From the NCBI RefSeq assembly GCF_009914755.1, contig NC_060928.1: 64,000 bases of DNA; one strand, 5' to 3'. This DNA comes from the human T2T-CHM13v2.0 reference genome, Homo sapiens. The notes below the pieces were generated by a model. It had not been told where the DNA came from. It saw only the letters and a program-made list of their open reading frames with translations, and made no database searches. Position numbers and translations under genes: made by a program. Shown one piece after another: positions 52,285 through 64,000 of the stretch (its first letter is position 1; each line of letters starts with the position of its first letter).

Positions 52285-52520
52285 GCAAGTAGTTAAGAAT
52301 AAGGATTCTGGAGCCAGATCACATGTTCGAAACTCAGTTCAGTCATTAGCTCACTCTATGACCTTAGGCAAAGAGCCTTCAATTACCCGTGCCTCAATTT
52401 CTTCCTAATGTTAAGTATCTCATAGAGTTGTGCTGAAAACTAAATGATTTAATATGTACCAACTGCTTAGAATAGTGCCCGGTATGCAGTAAGTGCTTGA
52501 GCTCAATAAATGTGATTTAT
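52285..52520 (+). mobile_element. MIR SINE
   Basis: GGATTCTGGAGCCAGATC...ATGACCTTAGGCAA...GTGCCTCAATTTC...CTTAGAATAGTGCCCGGTATGCAGTAAGTGCT...CTCAATAAATG. Confidence 0.85.
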
Positions 52521-52539
52521 TTGTATTTTACTAAGATTA

Positions 52540-52990
<451 letters not shown>

Positions 52991-54715
52991 TTACATCTTG
53001 TGTTACTTTAAACACGATTTATACTACTAATACAACCTCATTAAGATATTTTTAAATTACAAACCTTCAGAAAAAAATAGTAATGAGAATTTTCTAGATT
53101 CAGTTCAGAAATAATTCAATTTTTTCTGTGTTTCTACTTTGCTTTCTTTTTTCTGAAGGAGTTTTCAGCATTTACAAAATATAAACTTAAAGTGAATTTC
53201 TTTCCAGAAGCCAATACAAAAACTAAAAATAAATAAATAAATAATAGCAGTTCAGTATTTATCAAAAAAAAAAAAAACCCAAACTAGATTTTATTTATGT
53301 TCTAAGGTACCAACATACTAGACTAAATTGAAATTGTATTCTCTATTGATATATTTTGCTATGGCTTAATATTTCAATAGATAATTAGAAACTGGTTAGA
53401 TATTTTGAAGCATACTAGCATTTGATGCACATTGCCAATGAAGTTAGGTATCATCTATTTCTACGATAATCTTTAAATATGAAATCATAATTTAATCAAA
53501 TATTCTTAATATTGTGAATGAAAAATTTTATATAGACTATGGGAAATATCAGTGTTCAATTTAATTTTTTATTTGTTTTTCTGTTTATCCTCCAAATTTT
53601 TCTCACATTTTAGAGATTTCATTTCTAAGGAAATCTTCTCCTACTTTTTACTACTCATAATTTTTATTCAACTGCTCCAGAATTTGATTATTTTCTTTCC
53701 ACACACAGAAAAATTTCACGTGTCCTCCTTATATATTCATACTGTTAACAGTGAGGTTTGAGAATCATTGCCTTTTAGTTATAGTGAGAATTGTATAAAT
53801 ACATGCAGTGGTTAACACAAGATTAAAAATTAAGTAGCCAGAATATATTTCTTGCTTTAGCTCTCTTCATTCCACCCTTTTAATCCCATCAGCAATAAAA
53901 TCTGTCCAATAAACCTAGTTCCTTTTTATGCTTATTCTCCTGTGTATGGGAAGCTCTTTTTGATCTTTCTTGTAGCCTCCAAACCCACTATGGGCTATTT
54001 CAGGACCAACCCCATTCCATTACTAATTTTGGTTCCTTTGTTCCTGAATGTGACTAGGCAGGCTTACCAAAGCAACATATACTGCTTTAGAAGGCATGGG
54101 AACATCTTTAGAAGACATGGACACCTATGAGCTGAAGGTTGAGTTCATCAGAATCTTCAGCTCATGTTATAAACTCATTCCCTGTATTTTCAAGGCTTCT
54201 TTCCCATCCAATTCATTTATTTTTTTCTTTTTATCCCTATTTATCACCCCTTTCTCATGCCACAGATAAACATTCCAATGCATTTGGCATATATCGCTTT
54301 AATTATATGTGTTCTTTTACATTGCATATTGTTTTGTGTGCATGTATTTTTTTGTGACTTGTAGTCTAGATCTTATTGTTTCTTACTGTTATTATTCTGT
54401 ATTACCTTTAAAAGCCTATCCACATTGCTGAGTGTACAAGTGGGCCTTTGCTTCTAATTGCTTTGTAACTCTCCACAGTTGTACACGTATATATAAAACA
54501 TAAACATACATTTTTATATATGTATACACTATATATGGTATATGTTTGGCACGACACACACATGTATAATTTTTTGGCTATTCACATTCCTTTTCACTTT
54601 TGCATTAGATATCATATTTCAGTGGTACTTCTAGATAATTTTTCTATTCCATTGAGACAGAATTAATGATTCCCTTCTTTGGGCATTAATGCTTGACACA
54701 GTTTACTGTATAGCC

Positions 54716-55796
54716 TTCTTTTCAACTTTTATTTTTGGTTCTGGGGTATACAGGCAGGTTTGTTGTATAGGTAAATTGTATGTCATGGGAGTTTGGTGTA
54801 CAGATTATTAATATACAGGTAATAAGCAATTAGGTGCTAACCTGATAGGTGGTTTTTTGATCCTCATCCTCCTCCTACCCTCTACCCTCAATTAGGTCTC
54901 AGTGTCTGTTCTTCCCTTCTTTGTGTCCTCGATGTTCAGCTCCTATTTATAAGTAAGAACATGTAGTATTTGATTTTCTGTTCCTGTGTTAGTTCACATG
55001 AGATAATGACCCATAGCTCTATCCATGTTACTGGAAAGAACATAATCTCATTCTTTTTTATAGCTGCATAGTGTTGATCATGTACCACATTCTCTTCATT
55101 CAGTCTACCATTGTTGGAAATTTAGGTTGGTTTCATGGCTTTGCTATTGTGAATGGTGCTGTGATGAATATATGTGTGTTTGTGTTTTCATGGTAGAAGA
55201 ATTTGCAGCCCATTTACATTCAAGGTTAATATTGATATGTGTGGATTTCATCCTGTCATCATGTTGTTAGCTGGTTATTAGGCAGCCTTGTTTGTGTGGT
55301 TTCTCTATAGAGTTAATGGTCTTATACTTAAGTGTGTTTTTGTGGTGGTCAGTAAGGGTCTTTCTTTTCCGTATTTAGCACTCCTTTCAGGACCTCTTGT
55401 AAGGCAGGTCTGGTAACAAATTCTCTTAGCATTTGCCTGTGTTAAAAAGATTTTATTTCCCCTTTGCTTATGAAGCTTAGTTTGACTGGATATGAAATTC
55501 TTTGTTGGAATTTCTTTTTTCTTTCTGTTTTCTTAAGAATGCTGAACATAGGCCCCCAATCTCTTCTGGCTTGTAAGTTTTCTGCTGAAACGTCCATTGT
55601 TAATCTGATGGGGTTCCCTTTTTAGGTGACATGCCCCTTCTCTCTAGCTGCCTTTAATATTTTTTCTTTCATCTTGCCTTTGGAAAATCTGATGACTATT
55701 TAGGAATGATTGTCTTGTATGCTATCTCATAGGAACATTTTGCATTTCCTGAATTTGAATTTAAATGATGGCCTCCCAAGTGAGGTGGGGAAAATT
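54716..55796 (-). mobile_element. Older primate L1 (L1PA15/16 or L1PB-like): 3' end joined to ORF1 C-terminal region
   Basis: 3' UTR TTCAACTTTTATTTTTGGTTCTGGGGTATAC... to ~55203, then CCCATTTACATTCAAGGTTAATATTG...ATGAAGCTTAGTTTG...TAGGCCCCCAATCTCTTCTGGCTTGTA. Confidence 0.85.
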
Positions 55797-56214
55797 AGTT
55801 TACAGAATTTATCTAATTCTGTCAAATTTATACATGCAATTTAAACAAATGAACAATTATTTCTGCTTATATTACCATTAAATATAAATTTGGGATTATA
55901 GCATTCTCTTGTTAGGGTCTAAGTAATGGGTTTTATAGCTAATGAGACAAAATACAAAATTAAAATGTTCAATTATCTTATTCTAAATGTACCTAAGAAT
56001 AAATAAATTGAAAATGCAAGGAGGTGGAGCCAGGAGGTGATATTAATAATGAAATAAAAAATAACTGAACTTATCTAAATAAAATTATATATTTTTTCAT
56101 TTGGAGATGAAATTAACATGGAAAATTAGGAGACAGTTTTGCTATATACTTCTAAGTTAAGATTCAATTATCTTAAGGATTAATATCTATCCTTAAAAGA
56201 TATTTTAGTGAGAA

Positions 56215-56600
56215 TGGACCAGATTGTGTTGTGTTAACAAAAAATTAGCACTTATGTGACAAAGACACAAACAATTTATTGTTTATCATATTCATCACTC
56301 TTTAAATATTTAGTACACTTAGTCTCTTCAGGTCAACTTTTCTCCATGTGGTGGCTCAGCATTCCAGGCTGCTTTGATCTAAGAGTGCCTTCTCATTAAT
56401 TTGTGCTGTTATTATTGATGCTAGAAAAGAAATTTCTGGAGACCTGAGTTCTGGCAATTAAACCCTTCCACATAGAAAAATTGCACATTATATTTGCTGT
56501 CACTCAAGCAAGACAGTTGGTTAAGTCTAATTTCAAGAGAAACCAGGTAGTATAATATTTCTGTGTATTCCTGTCAACACACAAATAGATAGTAATTGTC
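56215..56600 (-). mobile_element. Old MaLR LTR (MLT1K-like)
   Basis: TGTGTTAACAAA...TCTCCATGTGGTGGCTCAGCATTCCAGGCTGCTTTGATCT...TCTGGCAATTAAA. Confidence 0.5.
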
Positions 56601-56623
56601 CCACAACAGGAGAGCTGGGAATG

Positions 56624-56668
56624 TATGTGGGGTGTGTGTGTGTGTGTGTGCTGAGAGAAAGAGAGAGA
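56624..56668. repeat. (TG)n/(GA)n compound microsatellite
   Basis: GTGTGTGTGTGTGTGTGTG followed by GAGAGAAAGAGAGAGA. Confidence 0.9.
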
Positions 56669-58238
56669 CCCAACACTTACATGATACACATACATAAACA
56701 TAGGAGGTACATTTGACATTCACCCAAGAGATTTCCCAGAGGTGCTATGGGAGTTCCAAAGTCCTTTTCACTTATAGTTGTCTATTTGCCTAAGTGGATT
56801 TCTCTTTTTCTGTCTTGTGAATTTCCTGATAGTGAAGAACATGTTTTTCTTTGTTTTCTAAGTACTAGAACAGTCCTGTCAGATTACTCCTTAATTTCCA
56901 ACAGTCGTTGAGATTTGTATTGCTTAAAATTTGAAATATATATTAAAGAATGAGCATCAGAGAATGATTCAAATAACAGGTTCTCCATCTGAATAGATAA
57001 GACTCTTCACTCTCCTAGGCTAAGTTTAGACAAAAGTCTAAACTTTTGTAAAAAGAGAAAACTAGGGTTTTTTCAGACTACCATGTTATATTATTATCTT
57101 AATATCTGAAGTCTTTAATATTTAAACTAACACTTGCAGATCACAAGATGTGGGTTGTTTTTTTTTTAACCTACTTGGTTTTGCAAAGACATTTCTAGTG
57201 ATGTTTTGGGAAACTTGTCTTCCACATTCAGGAGTCAAATGAACAAGCAAAATTAAAACAGCAAGACTCTGTATCTCTCATAAATTGTAGTACCTGTTCG
57301 GTAAAGGTTTGCTGGGTTTTGCTTCCTTTATGCCATACAAGCACTAAGGTAGAACTCTCCAACTCTTTAAAGTCACAATGCACATAGTAAGTAGTAACAG
57401 GCATAATGAGGTAAATGAATAATGCTACTTATGTCTCAAAGTAACCAAGTTGGGGGCTGTAGCCGTCCTAGGCCCTCTAAGGCAGCATTGAAGGGGTCTA
57501 TGTACTGATATATCTGTAAATCAGGTTAAGAAGTTCTGTCCTGAAGTAACAAGTCTTGAAAAAAGATAAAGACTGATAGATTTGCCAGCTTTATACTTAG
57601 CCAACCATTGGAAAATATGTATTGATTGCCCTCTCGGCATCAATCACTGTGCTAGCCAGTAGGTACATACAGTGGAGATCAACACTGCCCATGTAGTTTT
57701 TGTCTGTGAGACATATTAAATTGAGTTTTAGGAAAAGGTGACATTGAAACTCTAAATCTGTACTTGGAATTTATGTAGCCACCTCTAAAAAGTAAAGTAA
57801 CTTACTCAGTTGCCTGGTAATCACCAATTTTCAATGCAGGTCCAGGATGTTTTGGGCTGGCAAACATTTTGACTTTTTTTTTTATATGATGCCCATTATT
57901 CTTAATTATTATTATTGTCTCCTGATAGGTGTAATGTGACTTAAAGTAGGTATTTTGAGACTTTTCAAAATAGAGAATTACTAAAGTTTAAAACAAAAAT
58001 ATTTCTTAAGCTGTCATGGTTTGCTCACAAATTCTTAATCATGAAAGTCTCAATGTCTCATTTGTCTTAAATGTCTCATTTTATTTATTTATATCTATTT
58101 TATTTGGAGCCCTAAAATAAGAATATATTGTATTAACTTCTTCATAATAATGCATTTGAAAATATAAAAATTAAATTCAAAGGACATGATTCTCTCTCTA
58201 CTATTGGTTGATTCTTTTGTTGTAGTAAAAAAAAAACT

Positions 58239-58596
<358 letters not shown>

Positions 58597-58734
58597 CTAT
58601 ACCCATTCTAAGTAATTGAAATAAACAACTCCAGCTTCATAAGGTATACTGAAATGTTCTCAACTTTAATATATACATAATAATATTCTCAACTTTAATA
58701 TATAATATTATATAATATATATAATAATCACTAT

Positions 58735-58878
58735 AGAAGCTTGTGAAAAATGTAAATCCTCAGCCTTTATCCTAGAGATTCTGTTTATAGGACAGCTGTG
58801 AAACCCAAAAACCAATATTTGCATTAGACCTCTAGATGATTATTATGGCAAGGATCCTGGGACTTAAATTTATGAATT
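58735..58878. mobile_element. MER5-like DNA transposon fragment
   Basis: AGCTTGTGAAAAATGTAAATCCTCAGCC...CCTAGAGATTCTG...CTCTAGATGATT. Confidence 0.5.
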
Positions 58879-58954
58879 GGTATTACAGAAAGAGAATAAG
58901 TTTAAGTGCCAGACAAATTTGGATTTGAATTCAGCCTCTATGTAAAATATTATG

Positions 58955-59662
58955 TGTGTTAGTTGTACATTACTATATAACAAATAACTATAATTTGCCA
59001 ACATAAAAATACACATCTATTATTTCACAGAATACGTGGGTCAAGAGTTGGGGCACAGCTTAGTTAGGTCCGCTCCTTATGTTTTCACAAGATGTTGTGA
59101 AATCAAGGTGTTGGCCCGCACTGAGTTCTCATTAGAAGACTCAACTGAGGAAGGGTCCACTTCCAAGATCCTTCAGTATATTGACTGGAATTAAACTGTA
59201 GGAAGGCTCATTTCAAAAGAAAACAATTTCCTTTCAGGACTAAGATCTTTGTTTTTTGTTTTGTTTTGTTTTGTTTTGTGTTTTGATGTCTCTTAGGCAA
59301 ATGCCACTCCTAGATTCTTCACACAGTTCTTTGTCTCATGGGCTTCTCCAACGTGGCTGTTTATTTTAGCAAGCCAGAAAGGTGAGTCTATAGTAGAAAT
59401 CCACCAGCAAGACAAAGTTTTATATAATGTAATATAAGCATATGTCTTATATCTTACCACATTTACCATATATTCTGTTAGTTAGAAAGATGACACAGGT
59501 TCTGATCACTTCAGCGTAAAGGGATTAAATAAGAGCATGGATACTTGCCTCTGATCACTGCCTCTGAATTTGAATTCGGCCTCTATCTAAAATGCTATGT
59601 GTGTTACTTAAATATTCAGAGAGAGTAATCATGGGAAGCCACCCTAGGATCTGTCAGCCACA
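58955..59662 (-). mobile_element. MaLR solo LTR (MLT1E/F-like) splitting a MIR (MIR halves ~58880-58954 and ~59663-59780)
   Basis: TGTGTTAG...GGGCACAGCTTAGTTAGGTCC...AATCAAGGTGTTGGCC...CCACTTCCAAGATC...GCCACCCTAGGATCTGTCAGCCACA. Confidence 0.8.
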
Positions 59663-62600
59663 GTGTGATTTTTGGAAAATAGTTTAGTATTATGGATTCT
59701 TAACTTCCTTATCTAAAACTTGAGCTAATAATACATGCCTTGAATAGGTAACATATGTAAAGATCCTGGCATAGTGTAACTATTTTATAAACACAATTAA
59801 CTAAGAAGAACACAAAAAAGAAAAAGAAGTAAGATTCAGCCATGGGGTTTTAATAACATATCTTCAAGGTATCTTCCAACTCTGTGGCTTGATGTCCAAA
59901 AATTATGTGCACAATTTTGTTGAATGTGACATATCTCCAAAGCCTAACATAGAGACTACCTTATGTTAGTCATTCAGTAAGTGTTTACTGAATTAGTAGT
60001 AATTTCAATAAATGTCTCTTTCTTTTATTTCTTTAACAATGCCTTTATTTTAGGATGTGCAAAGACAGATGAAAGGATGACCTCTCTTAGCTATGTTTTA
60101 TTGAAGAATAATTTCAATTTTTAGGTGGACAGTATGGATGCATCCAGTAAAAATAAAAGCAAAGACTCACAAAAGACTACATAGGAAGTGCTTTCATAGG
60201 GAAAAGAGCACAGAGAATGTCCTGTGCACAACAGCAGCAGCCACTTCAGCTTGGGGCTCACAAACTGGCTGTTCTGACATTCTCCCACTGCAGAGTGCAA
60301 ACAATTGGTAGTGCTATGAGCATTTCCCTTTCTGCTCATATTCAGAGACCTAGCCTTTATCTCTACTGGCTACCTCAGCACTTTTACTTTACTTTTCTAA
60401 CATACCAACAAATTACATAAAAATCTGAAGATAATTATTTGAATTCATATCTCAAAAAATATAATTAATCAGGGAAACTAAAGAAAAAAATAGTAAATGA
60501 AATAAAAATAAAAATAACCCCCTAAATTCTAGTGCATGTGCATCCTGTTTCTTTAGTTATTCAAATAGTTTTTCATTATTGTTTGTCTCTTTTTGTGAGA
60601 AGAATTTGGTAGGTAGAGATATGAGAATTAGAATGTTTAATGTAGTAAGTACTATAGATAAATATAGATAAAATATAAAATATTCTACTCCTTTTATCCT
60701 ATCAATGTATACAAGTCACAGCACAATATCTTTAGAAAACAGCAAGAGAAAGGATAATAAGAGATTCACTTTTTTAAGCAGATAAACCAATAAGCTCTAA
60801 AAAACAATTTTTTCTTAATGTGCCATCATTCCTTAAATTAATCTGTTCAGTCTCTGACCTCTCTGTATATACTGTGTAAATCCTTCCTCTTTGCTCCATG
60901 ATAAGCTCTTTAAATTTATAAACAGTTGCTCTACCCAGTAAGTATCAACTTGTTATGTTTAAATAACTATCTCAATTTGGCACTTTTTAAATCACACAAT
61001 ATAATACAATTTTGGAAATATTTTTGTCAGCAGTCAAGTCTCTCTTTTTAACCACACATTTCCAAATTACCCAACACATCAGTAGATTTTGAAAATTGGC
61101 ACTGCTAAGTAAAAATAAAATAAAGTTTGTTCTACCTGATAAGCATTTCCTAAAAAAATGGGATACAAGATAGACAGATAATACGCTGTGGGAAAAACCT
61201 GCAAAACAAAACCATAAAGTGTTATATCTAGACAGGATATGAAGGATCATTAATGCCAATTCTGAGGTGCTGTGTGCTGGTGTAAGAGCACAAAGCTGGC
61301 TTGTGTAAGAGCTGGCAGAGAAATATGTAACCCTGATGCCTCCTGGTCTTGTGCTCCTTCTACAGAGCCATGCTGACTCTATATATGTTTAAAAAGTGGA
61401 GCTCAGATAAGTGGGGAATAAAAATTCACAACTTTTTCCCATATTATACATACTTTCTTTTTTATGCTTAGCAATCAGGATTTTTTGTGCCTTTCTAAAT
61501 GTTCTTACGAAGTCCTCAGAATAGTTCGAGCAGCTGTCAAAAGGGTAAACTGTACGGATGGAAACATCTATGCATTCATATTGTACAAAGGGTGGGGAGT
61601 AAGGTCTAACAAGGGAAATACTTTAAAAGTAAATACAATGCTGTTGGGGATTAACTCAAAAAATGTGTCTAAATTTATAAAAGAAGTAACTGTTACATTG
61701 TTTTTGCAGGTTATCTTTACATCCCCTTTGGTTACACATATAGTTGGCATTTTCTAAAGGTAAAAAATTAACGTAGCTTTTGTAGTTTCTAATCTTTTGA
61801 TTTATAGGAAAAGATACTTATACTAGCTGTGTTCTCTTAATATATGCTCTAATATGTATGCTACCTGAATTTTTTACAGCATCTCAGTAGAGTATGCTGC
61901 CTGGAGCTCTGTGCTTTCCCCTAATGAAAATGTACCGTATTACATTCACTGCAGAACATGAAGGGAGGATCTTTCAGGAATCAGGACAAGTGATTTATCA
62001 ATTTCACCCTCCAAGTAAACCATGAAGACCTTGGGTCTTATTTGGGGCCAGCCATGGTACAACAGTACCTTCTTTCAAAAGACCTAGTTACCAGGGGTCA
62101 GTCATTAGGAGGCTTTTCAAGGTTTCTGATACATAAACTCTCAAAATTTAATTACAGGAACGAACAAGACAGTAATAGTTTCAAAATCCATAGTATTTAC
62201 TTAGCTAGCCAACCCTGTAGTCATGTATTTTCATTTGTTCATTTTCAGAATGAGAAGAGCATAGTTAGTTATGCTTCTGATACGTGGCTCCTAATATAAT
62301 GCCAGTTGGTTTAGGTTTTATTGGTTAGATCCTCAGTTGAGAATGTTATATATTGAAATAGATACACAGTGGGCTTGGCTTCAGAAAATGTTAAGCTGCA
62401 GCTATTTTGGGAAACGTTATCCATAAAATGCCAACTTCACCAGGATTTGCTGAGTGGTGGTGTCTGTTGGCAGAGATGAACTGCTTTGCATCCTATTGTC
62501 TGCTGTTCACAATGCTGTGGGCTAGAATGTAATTGGTAGACAATATCCTCTGGGGAGCCCGCAAAAGGTGGCAGTCCATCTCCTGATGCCCCCTCTATGT

Positions 62601-63406
62601 GTTGTAAATTTAAAAAACGATTCGCAAGGTGATGACTTTTTTTAACGTAAGTGTGAAGTAATGCAGTCTGCAGGATTAGTATCAGTCACACTAAGATATC
62701 ACAGACTGAGGATTTAGCATCTTTACTCTGATATTCTGTGCACTGGTTAGTAATATTTTCCATTCATGGAAAGCCTCCTGAAATGTAACTGTGCATTGTG
62801 TATTACATGGAAGGTGTTTAATGAGTTTAAAAGAAAAAAGAAAAAATAATCCTAACTTTGAGTAATATAATTTTCTCTTTGAGTACTATAAATTCTTTCT
62901 TTGAGTACTGATTACTTTTATCAGAATGAAGCCATCCAAGTATTTTTAATCTTAGCTATTTCTAGCCAAATTTTTGCAATGTACACAAATAAGAATATAT
63001 GATATTATAAACACTTATGGAAGCAATTGTCTAGTCACCAAAAATTTGAAAAATATAAGTTAGATTGGAGATTACATACTCTTTTGTGAGTTTTAAGCAC
63101 CTCTAATTACCTTAAGGAATAGCACCTCTAATATACCTTAAGTAATCGCAACTGCTTTTCCTATACTACTTCCTAGTAAGACACTATTTTGACAATCAAG
63201 CAAGTGTATAAAAGGCAAAATAAAAGTAGTTGACATCAGTATTGCTCAAATTGCTCCACAGAATTGCTTATCCTCTATAGGGTATTTAATTTGTAGTATA
63301 AGTAGCTTTGCAGTTAGTGTGATAAATTTGCAAAGAAGCAAACAGAACATATCATTTAGTAAAAGCTTTGGATCAGACAGATCTGAGTATAATCCTAGAC
63401 ATGGTA

Positions 63407-63846
63407 TGTGACTTGGTCTTTGAGGGCTGCCATAACAAAATACCACAGATTAGGTGGCTTAAATAACAGAAATGCATTTCCTCACAGTTCTGGAGGCTGG
63501 AAAGTACATGATCAGGTGTCAGCAGGGTCAGTTTCCTCTGAGGGTTGTGAGGATATATCTGTTCCAGGCCTCTATCTATTCCAGGCCTCTCTCCTGGGCT
63601 TGTAGATGACAATTTTCTTCTTGTGTCTTTACATGATCTTCCCTTTGTTTGTATCTGTATCCTAATCTTTTCTTCTAAGCTCACCAGTCATACTGGATTA
63701 GGGCACACCCATATGACCTCATTTTATCTTATTTACCACTGTAAAGGCCCTATCTCCAAATATAGTCACATTCTCAGATATCAGGGGTTAGAAACTCGAC
63801 ATAAAGATTTGAGGGAGGAGAGGGGATGCAATTCAGCCCTGTAATA
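63407..63846 (-). mobile_element. MaLR solo LTR (MLT1B/C-like)
   Basis: GGGCTGCCATAACAAAATACCACAGA...CTCACAGTTCTGGAGGCTGGAAAGT...CACCAGTCATACTGGATTAGGGC...CCCTATCTCCAAATATAGTCACATTCT...CAATTCAGCCC. Confidence 0.9.
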
Positions 63847-64000
63847 TTGGATCCTAACAGAATCCTAACTTTCCTAAGGACAGAGATGCTCGCTTATTTA
63901 TTTTGTTTTCCTCACAATGCCTATCACTTTTTCTTGCCTAAAATAGATGTTTAATAGTTACATAATTAAATTATCACTTTGACAATCAGGTTTTTTAAAT

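Noticed and set aside
62558-62576. CTCF-like GCAAAAGGTGGCAG
   Set aside because: The 3' half matches but the 5' core positions do not; not supportable without ChIP data.

Overview
AT-rich primate genomic DNA, most likely human because it carries two AluYg6-type insertions. It looks like an intergenic or deep-intronic region. I find no recognisable protein-coding gene, structural RNA gene or CRISPR array, and the ORF-track entries are short chance ORFs or Alu/L1-derived. Much of the window is interspersed repeat: Alu, MIR, L1, L2, MaLR/ERVL/ERV1 LTRs and Tigger/MER20/MER5 DNA transposons. Family names come from my recall of consensus sequences, and boundaries of old elements are approximate. 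The most notable structures read directly from the sequence are four. (1) A TSD-bounded L1PA7-like element with an intact 5' UTR, a multi-kb internal deletion joining ORF1 in frame to the ORF2 C-terminus, and a 55-nt 3' transduction with its own poly(A) signal. (2) Two near-identical AluYg6-like copies about 7.7 kb apart in inverted orientation. (3) Several locally templated insertion or fold-back scars. (4) Weak candidate + strand exons and AP-1/MAF-type sites in the repeat-poor blocks. I cannot support a claim of a new biological system from the sequence alone.
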